Shown: positions 40,628 through 51,253 of the stretch, one piece after another
How the letters are laid out: the number at the start of each line of letters is the position of its first letter
Numbering within the stretch: the stretch's first letter is position 1
Assembly: GCA_035632315.1 (NCBI GenBank)
Contig: DASQGZ010000048.1
Span: 64,740-128,739, forward strand
Source: Candidatus Kapaibacterium sp.
GTDB lineage: Bacteria; Bacteroidota; Ignavibacteria; Palsa-1295
Reading direction: 5' to 3'
DNA: 64,000 nt
The notes under the pieces: generated by a model
Database searches by the model: none
What the model saw: only the letters and a program-made list of their open reading frames with translations
What the model was told of the DNA's origin: nothing
Program-made: the position numbers and the translations under genes

Positions 40628-41608
40628 ATGAACACGATCTTTATTGTCATTCCGAACGGAATGGAGCAAAGTGAGGAATCTGTCGATAAAAAAGTCCTTA
40701 TTTTTGTAAACTTTACATTCATCAAATTAATGTCCGTACAAGCAACTCAAGACTCGCTCCCAAATTTCGATACCCTCTGGAATTACGGTAAGCCTGCCGA
40801 GACTCGAGAGAAATTTCTCGAAATCCTTCCTCGCGCCGAAACGTCGAATGATACAAATTATCTTGCTCAATTGCTGACCCAGATCGCTCGTACCTATTCG
40901 CTGGAAAATAGATTTACTGACGCTCATTCGATTCTCGATCGAGCAGAAAAAATGCTGACAGCCGATCTGAGGCTCACTCGTGTCAGGTATTTGCTTGAAC
41001 GAGGCAGGAGCTTCAACTCTGCCGGCGAGGTTTCACGCTCGCTCCCGCTCTTCAAAGAAGCACATCATCTCGCAGTCGAGATCGGCGAGATGCGCTACGC
41101 CATTGATGCCATTCACATGATCGCTATTGCAGAATCAGATCCGAAGAAGCAAGTCGAATGGAATCTCAAAGGTATCACAATGACCGAGCCTGATGAAAAA
41201 CTTCATGGCTGGCTTTGGGCATTATACAATAATATCGGAGAAAGTTATCTCAAGCTTCATGATTACGACAATGCATGTAAATATTTCCACTTACTTTCCG
41301 AGTACCAAATAAAGAAAAACGGCGAAGCCGATATGTTCACGTTGAAAGACGAAGCGAAGTCATTGCGGTTCGCGGGACATCCTGAAAGATCGCTTGCGAT
41401 CATCCAGCAGGTCTTCGAAAAACTTTCTGCCGAGAAAAAAGACGATGGATATATCCGACAAGAACTTGCTGAAGCATTATTTGCACTTGGAAAGATAGAT
41501 GAAGCAAAACCACATTTCATTAAAGCATCCGAACTCCTTTCGAAAGATGACTGGTTTATAAAGAACTGTCCGGATGAATTGAAACGGCTCGATGCAATGT
41601 CAAAGTGA
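40628..41608 (+). CDS. TPR-like helical repeat protein. An alternative start is at 40730.
   Basis: All-alpha repeat pattern with no catalytic motif. Confidence 0.45.
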   Translation: MNTIFIVIPNGMEQSEESVDKKVLIFVNFTFIKLMSVQATQDSLPNFDTLWNYGKPAETREKFLEILPRAETSNDTNYLAQLLTQIARTYSLENRFTDAHSILDRAEKMLTADLRLTRVRYLLERGRSFNSAGEVSRSLPLFKEAHHLAVEIGEMRYAIDAIHMIAIAESDPKKQVEWNLKGITMTEPDEKLHGWLWALYNNIGESYLKLHDYDNACKYFHLLSEYQIKKNGEADMFTLKDEAKSLRFAGHPERSLAIIQQVFEKLSAEKKDDGYIRQELAEALFALGKIDEAKPHFIKASELLSKDDWFIKNCPDELKRLDAMSK

Positions 41609-41664
41609 TCTGTGAAAATCCGCTCGATCCGTCTCATCCGCATGCTATTACCGTTATTTTCTGA

Positions 41665-42669
41665 ATGAAAAAACTTTCTGCCATCGTTGCTCTCGCCGCC
41701 GTCATCGGACTTGCCGTTGTCCTCGCTTCTCTTTTCTGGAAGAATCCTGCGAACGGTACCGGCGAAGTTGTCATCTTTGTTCCCAAAGGAGCGTCACTAT
41801 CTTCGGTCACCGATTCGCTTGCCAAACATGATCTCATTCGCTCGAAACTACTGTTCAAACTGGCGGCTCGTTTCGAAGGCGCGTCGTCTGCTCTGCAGCC
41901 CGGAAATTATCGGATGAATTACGGACTGTCCAACATCGACATTCTCACGCGTCTGCTCGGCACTGAGTTCGCTATTATTTTCGAAGCGACGTTTCCAGAA
42001 GGGAGTACGATTCGTAAAGTTGCGTCGATCGCAAAAGAAAAACTCGGTCTCGATTCTGCGATGATCGTTCGCCTTTCGCACGATACTGCGTTTTTGCATT
42101 CGATCGGCGCCCCAAATGAGGCCATGACTGCCGAAGGGTTTCTCTTCCCTGACACGTATCGTTTTTATCTGATGATGACGCCGAAAGAATTGCTCGTGAG
42201 AATGCTCGCGAGATTCAAAGAGGTGATCAACGATTCGATGCTTGCCGAAGGTGCATTGGAAGAGCTCTCGCCCTACGAAGTGCTGACCCTTGCATCCATC
42301 ATCGAAGCAGAAGCTAAGCGTTCCGACGAGCGCGACACGATCGCCGGCGTATATCTCAATCGAATTCAAATGGGAATGAAGCTCGACGCCGACCCAACCG
42401 TGCAATACGGTCTCGGACTCACTCGCCCCATTACTCACGACGATCTTTTGAAAGACAATCCGTATAATACGTATTTGAATGAAGGCTTACCGCCCGGACC
42501 GATCAATAATCCCGGCAAAGCCGCCATCCTCGCCGCACTGCATCCCGCGCATCACAACAAGATCTATTTCGTCGCCCGCCGCGACGGCTCCGGCGGACAC
42601 TATTTCTCGCGCACTGCCGCCGAACAGGAGCGAGCCATCAAAGCGTCGAATCGAAATGAGGCGGAGTGA
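41665..42669 (+). CDS. mltG: Endolytic murein transglycosylase MltG (YceG-like)
   Basis: N-terminal TM helix and the YceG signature region (EAE...DADPTVQYG, LPPGPI). Confidence 0.8.
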   Translation: MKKLSAIVALAAVIGLAVVLASLFWKNPANGTGEVVIFVPKGASLSSVTDSLAKHDLIRSKLLFKLAARFEGASSALQPGNYRMNYGLSNIDILTRLLGTEFAIIFEATFPEGSTIRKVASIAKEKLGLDSAMIVRLSHDTAFLHSIGAPNEAMTAEGFLFPDTYRFYLMMTPKELLVRMLARFKEVINDSMLAEGALEELSPYEVLTLASIIEAEAKRSDERDTIAGVYLNRIQMGMKLDADPTVQYGLGLTRPITHDDLLKDNPYNTYLNEGLPPGPINNPGKAAILAALHPAHHNKIYFVARRDGSGGHYFSRTAAEQERAIKASNRNEAE

Positions 42670-42753
42670 ATAGATATTCTCCCCAAACCATTACCCCCCT
42701 CCTCGTGTTTTGCTTAGTCTATAATTCTATCACCGAACCGGAGACCAGATTTA

Positions 42754-43497
42754 ATGGATTTTTCCTTTCTTTTGCATACGTGGTGGGGCGCACTGATCGT
42801 TGTTGTTGTTGCAGGGCATTTTACTATTATGTGCACGTCGCTCTACCTGCACCGCTCGCTGACGCATCAAAGCGTCACCTTTTCGCCGATCGCTGCATTT
42901 CCGATGCGCGTATGGCTATGGCTCTTTACCGGAATGTCTGCTCGCCAGTGGGTTGCCGTCCACCGCAAGCATCATGCCTTTGTCGATACTGAGAACGACC
43001 CGCATTCGCCGGTAATCCACGGCTGGGCGCATATCCTCTTTCTTGGCGTGATGTATTATCGCAAAGCATATGGTGATGAAGCAACACTCGAAAAATACTC
43101 CCGTGGGTTGAAAGAAGATTTTTTTGAGAAGTATATTTTCGTCCCGTTGAAATATGGCGGACCCGTCGCGCTCTATGGCATTACGGCATTGACGTTCGGA
43201 CCACTGACCGGTTTATTCGTGTGGATTGGTTTGGTACTCTGGGTACCGTTCTGGGCGGCTGGCGTTGTGAATGGGCTTGGGCATACGGTCGGTTATCGCA
43301 ACTTCCCGGTCGAAGATGCTAGCACGAACATCGTACCGGTCGGTTTACTGCTTTCGGGCGAAGAACTTCATAACAATCACCACAAGATGCCATCGAATCC
43401 GAAGTTCTCCGTCAAATGGTTCGAGTTCGATATGGGATGGGTCTATATTTCGATCCTGAGATTCCTCCATTTGGCAAAGCTGCGGACAGCAGAGTGA
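42754..43497 (+). CDS. Membrane acyl-lipid / acyl-CoA delta-9 desaturase
   Basis: Three His boxes (HRSLTH, HRKHH, HNNHH). Confidence 0.8.
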   Translation: MDFSFLLHTWWGALIVVVVAGHFTIMCTSLYLHRSLTHQSVTFSPIAAFPMRVWLWLFTGMSARQWVAVHRKHHAFVDTENDPHSPVIHGWAHILFLGVMYYRKAYGDEATLEKYSRGLKEDFFEKYIFVPLKYGGPVALYGITALTFGPLTGLFVWIGLVLWVPFWAAGVVNGLGHTVGYRNFPVEDASTNIVPVGLLLSGEELHNNHHKMPSNPKFSVKWFEFDMGWVYISILRFLHLAKLRTAE

Positions 43498-43569
43498 ATT
43501 GAGAATGCAGAATTGAGAATTGAGAACGTTGGGGTATAGCGTTCTTTTCTCCATTTACAATTCTCAATT
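43498..43569 (+). promoter_or_regulatory. Nested hairpins with GAATTGAGAA tandem repeats. An inner terminator-like stem GAACG...CGTTC plus a T-run is enclosed by a 12-bp outer stem AATTGAGAATTG / CAATTCTCAATT.
   Basis: Seen directly in the sequence. It lies between the desaturase gene and the pgsA-like gene. Confidence 0.4.
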
Positions 43570-43612
43570 TCCGAGTAGAGACAATTTCCGCCCTGAAGTT
43601 GTTGGCAGGTCA

Positions 43613-44233
43613 ATGAGTTTACCGATGATACTGACGGTATTGCGGATGCTGCTGGCGCCGTTGTTCTACATCCTCATTGCCGTGATCACGCCGCCTTCGT
43701 ATCGTTGGGCAGCGATCGTCTTTACCCTCGCTGCAGTTACGGATTGGTACGACGGTTATTTCGCGCGCCTTTGGAAACTCACCTCGCCGCTCGGCGCATT
43801 TCTCGATCCGCTTGCCGATAAAATGTTAACATCTGCCGCATTTATCGCTTTCGCTGCCAATGACATTATTCCCGTATGGTGCGTCGTGCTTATTATTATT
43901 CGCGATGTGTATCTTACGCTCTACCGAATGATCGCCGATGCATTGCACGAGCCGATCAAGACAAGCCGCCTCGCAAAATTCAAAACTTTTTTTCAGATGT
44001 CGTTCATCATCTATATACTTGCGGCGCTTTTGATGAAATATGAACTTCACGGCGCAGCATGGATCAATGCAGGAACAGTGATGCTCGATGAACGAATTAT
44101 GCTGACGCTCGCGGTCGTCGTCACTGCACTGACACTCCTGAGCGCGGCGCAGTACACATATGATAACATCAGCGTACTGAAGCTTGCCGCAAAGAGATAT
44201 ATTTTGAAACGTTCTCCGCAAAATTTGTCGTAA
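43613..44233 (+). CDS. pgsA: CDP-alcohol phosphatidyltransferase (PgsA-like)
   Basis: DWYDGYFAR...GAFLDPLADK is the CDP-OH phosphotransferase motif. Confidence 0.7.
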   Translation: MSLPMILTVLRMLLAPLFYILIAVITPPSYRWAAIVFTLAAVTDWYDGYFARLWKLTSPLGAFLDPLADKMLTSAAFIAFAANDIIPVWCVVLIIIRDVYLTLYRMIADALHEPIKTSRLAKFKTFFQMSFIIYILAALLMKYELHGAAWINAGTVMLDERIMLTLAVVVTALTLLSAAQYTYDNISVLKLAAKRYILKRSPQNLS

Positions 44234-44238
44234 ACAAT

Positions 44239-44778
44239 ATGTCAGAGAATGCTGCCCTCGCGAAAGCGCGCTCGCGGTTGTGGAAACCGATGAGCCCGAA
44301 GATGAAAGATGTGCCGGTGTGGGCATTATTGATCGGTTCGTTCGGGTTTGCCGGGCTGTCGCCTGTTTCAAGCGGCACTGTCGGCAGCGCTGTAGCGGCG
44401 GCATTGTATTATTTTATTACTCCGCTGCAGTCGCTTTGGGTTCTTGCTGTCTGCTGTATCGTTGTGCTCGTTATCGGCACTGTCGCCGCAGATGTGATCG
44501 CATTGAAACTCGGCGAGCACGATCCGTCGGTCGTTGTGATCGACGAAGTACTCGGGCAATGGATCGCGTGCTTTACATGGGTGTATAAAGGCGATCTGAC
44601 GTACGTCATTATCGCATTTATCGCATTTCGCGCATTCGACATTTTCAAAACATACCCGGCATCGATCTTCGAAAAAAGAGAAGGCGGCTCTGCCGTGATG
44701 CTTGACGATGCTGTTGCGGGAGTGTATGCGAATATCATCGCCCATCTTACGATGTTTGCGATCTCGGCGTTACGATAA
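44239..44778 (+). CDS. pgpA: Phosphatidylglycerophosphatase A
   Basis: PgpA-like membrane pattern. It is in an operon with pgsA. Confidence 0.7.
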   Translation: MSENAALAKARSRLWKPMSPKMKDVPVWALLIGSFGFAGLSPVSSGTVGSAVAAALYYFITPLQSLWVLAVCCIVVLVIGTVAADVIALKLGEHDPSVVVIDEVLGQWIACFTWVYKGDLTYVIIAFIAFRAFDIFKTYPASIFEKREGGSAVMLDDAVAGVYANIIAHLTMFAISALR

Positions 44779-46028
44779 TGCTTACTTGCGAGATACTTTC
44801 GATCGGCGACGAACTGCTCATCGGGCAGGTCGTCAATACGAATGCGTCCTATATTTCCGAAAAACTCAACAGCATCGGTATTGATGTAACACGAGTAACG
44901 ACGGTTGGGGACGATGCCACAGTCATTACTAAAGCGATCAAGAGAGCATGGAAAGAGCAGAACATTGTTATTGCGACCGGCGGACTCGGGCCGACGCATG
45001 ATGATATTTCGAAGAATATCGTCGCTAAATTCTTCGGAAAGAAATTAATACTTCATAAACAAACACTCGCTCGCGTCAAGGCACGCTTCGCATCGTTCGG
45101 CTACAAGAAAATGCCGGAAGCAAATATCGGCCAGGCGATGATACCGCAAGGATTCACCGTCCTTCCGAACGATCGCGGCACAGCGCCGGGGCTGCTCTAT
45201 CATTTCAACCGCAAGACATTTATCATCCTGCCGGGCGTCCCGCATGAGATGAAATTCTTGATGGAGAACAGCGTCATCAAGCTCCTTAGAAAGATACATA
45301 AGAAAAAACTTGGAGATGTCATTGCTCATAGAACACTGCTTACAACCGGCATCGGCGAATCGATGCTTGCCGAAAAAGTCGGTGATGTGAACAATTTTCT
45401 TGTTGGGGGAGCTACACTCGCCTACTTACCGAAAACAAGCGGCGTCAGGATGCGCATCAGTGTCCGCGCGAAGAGTGAACAAATCGCAAAAAATATCATT
45501 GAAAAGATTGAGCGCCATATTCGTTCACGCATCGGCGCGCATATTTACGGGATGAACGACGAAACGCTTGAAGGCGCAGTCGTCGCATTATTAAGAAAAA
45601 GAAAAGAACGGATCGCCGCTGCCGAAAGCTGTACCGGCGGAATGCTCTCGATGCGCATTACGAATGTACCCGGCGCTTCCGAAATATTTCCGGGCGGAGT
45701 GGTATCCTATTCAAATGATATTAAAATGCAAGAGCTTGGCGTGTCGGAAGCAACCTTACATACGTATGGAGCCGTGAGCGAAGAATGTGCGATCGCAATG
45801 GCAGAAAGCGCGCTGAAAAAATTCGGTACGACATACGCCATCGCGATTACCGGCATTGCAGGGCCGGACGGCGGCACGAGCGAACGGCCGGTCGGCACCG
45901 TCTGGATTGCACTTGCCGATTCATACGGCACGACCACAAAGCTCTTTCACTTCGGCGGCGAACGCGCGATCATCCGTGAACGCAGCTCTGATGCAGCGCT
46001 CGATATGCTGCGAAAGAAACTGATATGA
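44778..46028 (+). CDS. cinA: CinA (MoCF-binding N-domain plus nicotinamide-nucleotide amidohydrolase C-domain)
   Basis: Full-length CinA architecture. Confidence 0.85.
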   Translation: MLTCEILSIGDELLIGQVVNTNASYISEKLNSIGIDVTRVTTVGDDATVITKAIKRAWKEQNIVIATGGLGPTHDDISKNIVAKFFGKKLILHKQTLARVKARFASFGYKKMPEANIGQAMIPQGFTVLPNDRGTAPGLLYHFNRKTFIILPGVPHEMKFLMENSVIKLLRKIHKKKLGDVIAHRTLLTTGIGESMLAEKVGDVNNFLVGGATLAYLPKTSGVRMRISVRAKSEQIAKNIIEKIERHIRSRIGAHIYGMNDETLEGAVVALLRKRKERIAAAESCTGGMLSMRITNVPGASEIFPGGVVSYSNDIKMQELGVSEATLHTYGAVSEECAIAMAESALKKFGTTYAIAITGIAGPDGGTSERPVGTVWIALADSYGTTTKLFHFGGERAIIRERSSDAALDMLRKKLI

Positions 46029-46091
46029 AGGAATGACACTCCCTTCGCCCGCGTTTGCTAACAACATTCTTTTTTTTACTCTATATTATAG

Positions 46092-47921
46092 ATGGCAGCC
46101 CCCAAGCGATACGACCTGAAAGATTTTTTTCGCACACCCGACGAGTCCGGGTATCACATTTCACCCGACGGGAATTGGATCTCCTATCTCGCTCCGTATG
46201 AGCGCCGCAAGAATATATTTGTGATGCCGCGCACTGGCGGCGAGGCAAGGCGCGTCACGAGTGAAACGGCGCGCGATATGGCTGGATATTTCTGGAAAGA
46301 CAGCAATCGCATTATTTATGCAAAAGATTTTGCCGGCGATGAAAATTTTCATCTTCTTTCGGTCGGCGTTGATGGGAGCGATCTGAAAGATCTCACGCCG
46401 TTCGACGGCGTTACTGTCCGCATTATTGACGATCTGGAAGAGCATCCCGCAGAGATGATCATTTCGATGAACAAACGCGATAAAGAAGTCTTTGATGTGT
46501 ATCGCATCAATGTCGTCACTGCCGAAATGAAGCTGATCGCTGAAAATCCCGGTAACATTACGCGCTGGGTCACCGATCACGACGGTAAACTCCGTGTCGC
46601 TCAAACAACCGATGGCGTCAATTCGACGCTGCTCTACCGTGAGACTGAAGACGCCGAGTTCAAGCCGGTCATCACCACGAACTTCCGCGAAAGTATCTCG
46701 CCGATCTTCTTTATGTTCGATAACACGAACCTCTATTGTGCGAGCAACATCGGCCGCGATACCGAAGCGATCGTATTGATCGAGCCGGCCACCGGCAAAG
46801 AAAAGAAAACGATCTTCGAACACCCGGAAGTGGACGTCGAGCATTTGCATTATTCGAAGAAACGCAAGATCATCACGCATGCAACCTATATTACTTGGAA
46901 GACCGAGCGCCACTTCTTCGATCACGCGACAGAAAAATTATTTGCGAGGCTAAAAGAACTGCTCCCGAACTACGAAATCTCTTTTCCGAGTAAAAATAAA
47001 GAAGAAGATATTCTTATTGTTCGCACGTACAGCGACCGCTCGCTCGGCGCATTTTATCTCTACGAAAAAAATACCGACAAACTCACGAAGCTTGCCGATG
47101 TCAGTCCGTGGCTTGATGAGAACGATCTTTGCGAAATGAAACCTGTCACCTATACTTCTCGCGACGGCTTCACCATTCACGGGTATCTTACACTTCCGAA
47201 GAACAGCGACGGAAAAAATCTTCCGGTCATCGTCAATCCCCATGGCGGACCTTGGCATCGCGATGTGTGGGGCTATAATCCCGAAGTGCAGTTCTTTGCC
47301 AATCGCGGCTATGCGATCTTCCAAACGAATTTTCGCGGCTCGACCGGTTATGGCAGGAAATTCTGGGAAGCATCGTTCAAGCAATGGGGGAAAAATATGC
47401 AGAACGATGTAACCGACGGTGTCGAGTGGCTTATTTCGCAATCTATCGCAAACCCGAAACGCATTGCGATCTATGGAGGCAGCTACGGCGGCTATTGTAC
47501 GCTTGCGGGTATGACGTTCACTCCCGATCTGTACGCCTGCGGCATTGATTATGTCGGCGTCTCGAATCTTTTCACATTTATGACAACGATTCCGCCATAT
47601 TGGAAGCCATTGCTTGAGATGATGTACGAAATGGTTGGAGATCCGGAAAAAGATAAAGAGCTGCTGCGTTCGGCATCGCCGGTGTTTCATGTCGATAAAA
47701 TAAAATCGCCGCTTTTCGTCATTCAAGGTGCGAAAGATCCGCGTGTGAATATCAACGAATCGAACCAGATCGTCGAAGCGCTCCGCTCGCGTGGCATCGA
47801 CGTACCGTATCTCGTCAAAGAGAACGAAGGCCACGGCTTCCACAACGAAGAGAACCGCTTCGAAGTCTATGAAGCGATGGAGAAATTTTTAGAGAAGCAT
47901 TTGGATGGAATCGGGCATTAA
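46092..47921 (+). CDS. S9 family serine peptidase (prolyl oligopeptidase / acylaminoacyl-peptidase-like)
   Basis: An N-terminal beta-propeller and an alpha/beta hydrolase domain with the GGSYGGY nucleophile elbow. Confidence 0.8.
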   Translation: MAAPKRYDLKDFFRTPDESGYHISPDGNWISYLAPYERRKNIFVMPRTGGEARRVTSETARDMAGYFWKDSNRIIYAKDFAGDENFHLLSVGVDGSDLKDLTPFDGVTVRIIDDLEEHPAEMIISMNKRDKEVFDVYRINVVTAEMKLIAENPGNITRWVTDHDGKLRVAQTTDGVNSTLLYRETEDAEFKPVITTNFRESISPIFFMFDNTNLYCASNIGRDTEAIVLIEPATGKEKKTIFEHPEVDVEHLHYSKKRKIITHATYITWKTERHFFDHATEKLFARLKELLPNYEISFPSKNKEEDILIVRTYSDRSLGAFYLYEKNTDKLTKLADVSPWLDENDLCEMKPVTYTSRDGFTIHGYLTLPKNSDGKNLPVIVNPHGGPWHRDVWGYNPEVQFFANRGYAIFQTNFRGSTGYGRKFWEASFKQWGKNMQNDVTDGVEWLISQSIANPKRIAIYGGSYGGYCTLAGMTFTPDLYACGIDYVGVSNLFTFMTTIPPYWKPLLEMMYEMVGDPEKDKELLRSASPVFHVDKIKSPLFVIQGAKDPRVNINESNQIVEALRSRGIDVPYLVKENEGHGFHNEENRFEVYEAMEKFLEKHLDGIGH

Positions 47922-49432
47922 GCCTCTTCCATTAACGCAATCTTCATCGGCACCTCCACATTCACAATGTTCGACGGTGTGCTTTTATTGCCCGCAAGGT
48001 CGTAGGCGCGGACGTAGTACTGATATTTTCTGCCGCTTTGCGCGAGGTTATCGGTGTACATCGAGACCGTCACCGAATAGATGTGATCGAAATTCTTTCC
48101 GCTGTTCTCCGAGCGCCAAATTTCATAACCCGCGACCTCCTCATTATCGGTCGCGGCTTCCCAGTTAAGCCTGATCTGATTTGTTCGTGCAAGAAATTTT
48201 AGCGGCTCATCAGATTTCCATTCCGGCGCGATAGCATCGTCACTCAGCGGAGCCTGCTTCATTCCTTTCGGCCAAAGACCGCAGACGACTTCGTGAAATG
48301 TTTCGTCGAGCGCTTTGCAGACGTTCCAATAAATGCACTTGACTATTTTTTCGGGAGCACCTTCGCGAATCTTCTTGATGATGTCAGGATCGGCAAGCAG
48401 TCCGCGCGCCATGCCGATAAGATCGGCGCGGTCGTTCTGCAAAATTTCTTCTGCCAAATCGGGCGTGGAAATTTTTCCGGTCGATATCACAGGCGTCGTG
48501 AGTCCGTGCTTGCGAAGCTTGCGCCGCGCGGCTTCGCCCATGTGCAAATTATATGCATCGGGATATTCCGCGGGCGGCATACAACGGTCGCCGGAATACC
48601 CGGTGTACGGGTAAAGCACTTCGCCTTCTTTATGAATCGCGTCCTCGAACTTCCCACCGGCAGAAAGCGAAAGATAATCCGCGCCCTCTTCAGCGAAACG
48701 CACGGCGATCTCTGACGATTCTTCGCTCGTGTAACCGCCTTTGATAGCTTCTTCGCCGAGGAATCTGATGCCGATCGGAAAATCTTTGCCGATGCTCTTG
48801 CGAACTTCGTGCAGCACTTGTATCGGCACTCGTAACCTGTTCTCGAGCGATTTGCCGCCGAATTCATCCGGACGCTTATTCTTGCGAGAAAGAAACGAAC
48901 TCATCGTGTAGGCATGCGCCATGTGCAGTTCTACTCCATCGAAACCACATTCGCGGGCTCGAGCCGCCGCTTCCCCATATTGCTTGATGATGAGCTTAAT
49001 ATCTTCGACAGATAGATCTTCGATCCTCTGCCGCCAACCCGAACGAGCTATTTTCAGGAAATGAATGATCTGCGGAATAATTTTCGATGAGCTTTCGCTA
49101 TGTACTTTTTTTGCGATCTCCGTCAAGCCCGGTTTAAATTCATCGCTTGAAATTTTCAGAAGCGGACCGCTCTTCGCGCCATGCACTGACATTGCCTCGA
49201 CGACGACGAGCCCCGTTTCGCCTTTTGCAAAACGGACATAACGATCCATGATCGCAGCGTTGACCATCCCGTCCTCGCCGGAGAGCCGCGTCACCATCGC
49301 CGGTACGACGAGCCGGTTCGCTAGCTTCATCGACCCGATCGTCAACGGAGAAAGAAGCTTTTCGTACATCTTTTTTTTTAACAGCGTACCACTTGTGAAG
49401 GTTACTGACAAAGAAGCCCTCGCAGATTGCAA
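47918..49432 (-). CDS. Old Yellow Enzyme family NADH:flavin oxidoreductase with a C-terminal fibronectin type III domain. The likely start is MYEKLL at 49369.
   Basis: OYE TIM-barrel motifs (ANRLVVPAM, HMAHAY) followed by a ~90-aa FN3-like tail. Confidence 0.7.
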   Translation of the reverse strand: MQSARASLSVTFTSGTLLKKKMYEKLLSPLTIGSMKLANRLVVPAMVTRLSGEDGMVNAAIMDRYVRFAKGETGLVVVEAMSVHGAKSGPLLKISSDEFKPGLTEIAKKVHSESSSKIIPQIIHFLKIARSGWRQRIEDLSVEDIKLIIKQYGEAAARARECGFDGVELHMAHAYTMSSFLSRKNKRPDEFGGKSLENRLRVPIQVLHEVRKSIGKDFPIGIRFLGEEAIKGGYTSEESSEIAVRFAEEGADYLSLSAGGKFEDAIHKEGEVLYPYTGYSGDRCMPPAEYPDAYNLHMGEAARRKLRKHGLTTPVISTGKISTPDLAEEILQNDRADLIGMARGLLADPDIIKKIREGAPEKIVKCIYWNVCKALDETFHEVVCGLWPKGMKQAPLSDDAIAPEWKSDEPLKFLARTNQIRLNWEAATDNEEVAGYEIWRSENSGKNFDHIYSVTVSMYTDNLAQSGRKYQYYVRAYDLAGNKSTPSNIVNVEVPMKIALMEEA

Positions 49433-49463
49433 GGGCTTCCGGAAATTAGTTTGTTATCGATTA

Positions 49464-50150
49464 TTACATTACCGGGCATTCGATCTTGTTCTCTCTGACG
49501 ACGCCGGTGAGCATATTATAATACGCGCTGGCGCTTTTGCGGGCAGCTTCGATGGCGCGGTCTTCGTCTTCTTTCGAAGTGACGAGCGAATCGAGCATAT
49601 CGCGTTCGGCGCGGCGATGAACTTCATCGGCTTCGCTGTGAACCGTGAAGAACGACAAACCATAATCCGACTCGACTCCGTAAAATTTCTTCAACCCGTC
49701 GATCTTCGTCTTCGAGACTTCCGGGATCTGCGATTCATATCCGTAGAGCGCGGCGATGCCTTCGAGCGTCGAAGCATTGCGGGTCATGCCCATCATCGTG
49801 CTATCGAGCATCACCGTTTCTGGATATGCCGCTGCCGAGCGGACATCGGAACGAGATGCGCCGAGCGACTCGGCAAAGCGCAGCCATAATTCGGGATGAT
49901 TCTCCTCACCCCATTCTTCTTCGAGCAGATTTTCGAGCAATTGCTTGCGAACCGACGCATCCTCGGCGCCGCTATGGACAGCCGAAACGTAGCGCGGGAA
50001 GTTGCGCTCGAACTGGTAGTACTGCTTTGCATACTCCTGCAACTGAGCATTGGTCAGCGTGCCGGCATTCCATGCCTGGTAGAACGGATGCGACAGCACC
50101 GCATATTCCGAGATCGCGGCATCGAGCCGTGAGAGAAAGTCAGATGTCAT
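49464..50150 (-). CDS. TenA/PqqC-family (heme-oxygenase-like fold) protein
   Basis: HPFYQAW...QYYQF pattern of PqqC/TenA/CADD-like proteins. Confidence 0.5.
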   Translation of the reverse strand: MTSDFLSRLDAAISEYAVLSHPFYQAWNAGTLTNAQLQEYAKQYYQFERNFPRYVSAVHSGAEDASVRKQLLENLLEEEWGEENHPELWLRFAESLGASRSDVRSAAAYPETVMLDSTMMGMTRNASTLEGIAALYGYESQIPEVSKTKIDGLKKFYGVESDYGLSFFTVHSEADEVHRRAERDMLDSLVTSKEDEDRAIEAARKSASAYYNMLTGVVRENKIECPVM

Positions 50151-50662
50151 AATAGTAGGTCGTTAAAATTGATGAACGAGTTGTAAACACCGGTACAAAA
50201 ATAATCATTTTATGAATAATTCGCCCTCACTTTCTACTTTCTCCTTCTCTCGTTTGCTGTAAACTTCGGTCCGTAAGTACTTTATTTCTCATCCCATCCG
50301 CTGTACCACACACAACTTTCCCCCTGAAACGGCGAAACCGGCATTTCGCCGGCTCATATCAAATCCTGGATCAATCCTTTTCATCCTGAGAATCATGGTT
50401 ACAAAGATACGAATAACTTGACAAAAAGTCAATAGGTGCACATCGTTTTATTTTTGGAAAAAAATTTCGTGCCAGCATTACTAGCCAATGGACACTAGCC
50501 ACGGAACACCGTCCCTACTCCACAATTGCACAAGGTATACCCCTGCCGAGTGAAATCTGCTTCATGCACCCTCCGAACAGATCGAAAATTTCAAGCGTTG
50601 CGTCGGAGAGATTTGTGAAAGAGAGTGTCTTGATTGGCTGAACCGTACTCACAGCGTGTTAC

Positions 50663-51253
50663 TCAAAATTTATCAACTTCCACATTTGTAATTACGCCAT
50701 TTTGTACTTGAATCGTATCGGCTGAACTCTTTGCTCCAATTTTTATTGCTGTAAAACTGAAGAAGCCTCTAATTATTGGCAATCTGCCACTGGGACTTGG
50801 ATCGGAATCTGCGGGGTTAATTTTTGAAATATGTAATATTCCCGTGTGGACCGAGTCTGTAGTCCACAATGATCCGTCAGAAAGACGGACAAGCGCAGAG
50901 CCGAATTGCGCATTTCGAGAGAGACTAGAAGAAGGGAAGGTTCCCCTAATGAATGAAGTGTCGCAAGGTGATTTTAACAAGCAGGTACATGTATCAAACT
51001 TATCATTAGGCACAGCAAAATAAATCGAATCATCCGCCCTTATTGAGAATACTGAATCAGCATAAAATCCAAGAATTGATGATGGAAGTGCTTCGCCACA
51101 ACAATAATCTGCTAAATGAATATTCCTCTCATTCACCGTATAATTAACAAAAATACTATCTACGAGCATAGAATGGGGGAAAAGAATTTCTGTCGAACAA
51201 TCACTCAAGGAAAAAGTGAGAAGAATGGACCCTATAAAAAAAAATAGTTTCAC
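50663..51253 (-). CDS. Hypothetical secreted protein
   Basis: Signal peptide. It lies in an AT-rich region with long flanking intergenic stretches. Confidence 0.4.
   Translation of the reverse strand: MKLFFFIGSILLTFSLSDCSTEILFPHSMLVDSIFVNYTVNERNIHLADYCCGEALPSSILGFYADSVFSIRADDSIYFAVPNDKFDTCTCLLKSPCDTSFIRGTFPSSSLSRNAQFGSALVRLSDGSLWTTDSVHTGILHISKINPADSDPSPSGRLPIIRGFFSFTAIKIGAKSSADTIQVQNGVITNVEVDKF

Noticed and set aside
39770-40669. 299-aa minus-strand ORF antisense to the OmpA-family gene; also 46950-47843 and 46161-46925 antisense to the S9 peptidase
   Set aside because: Long antisense ORFs in GC-rich genes. The sense frames carry strong family signatures.
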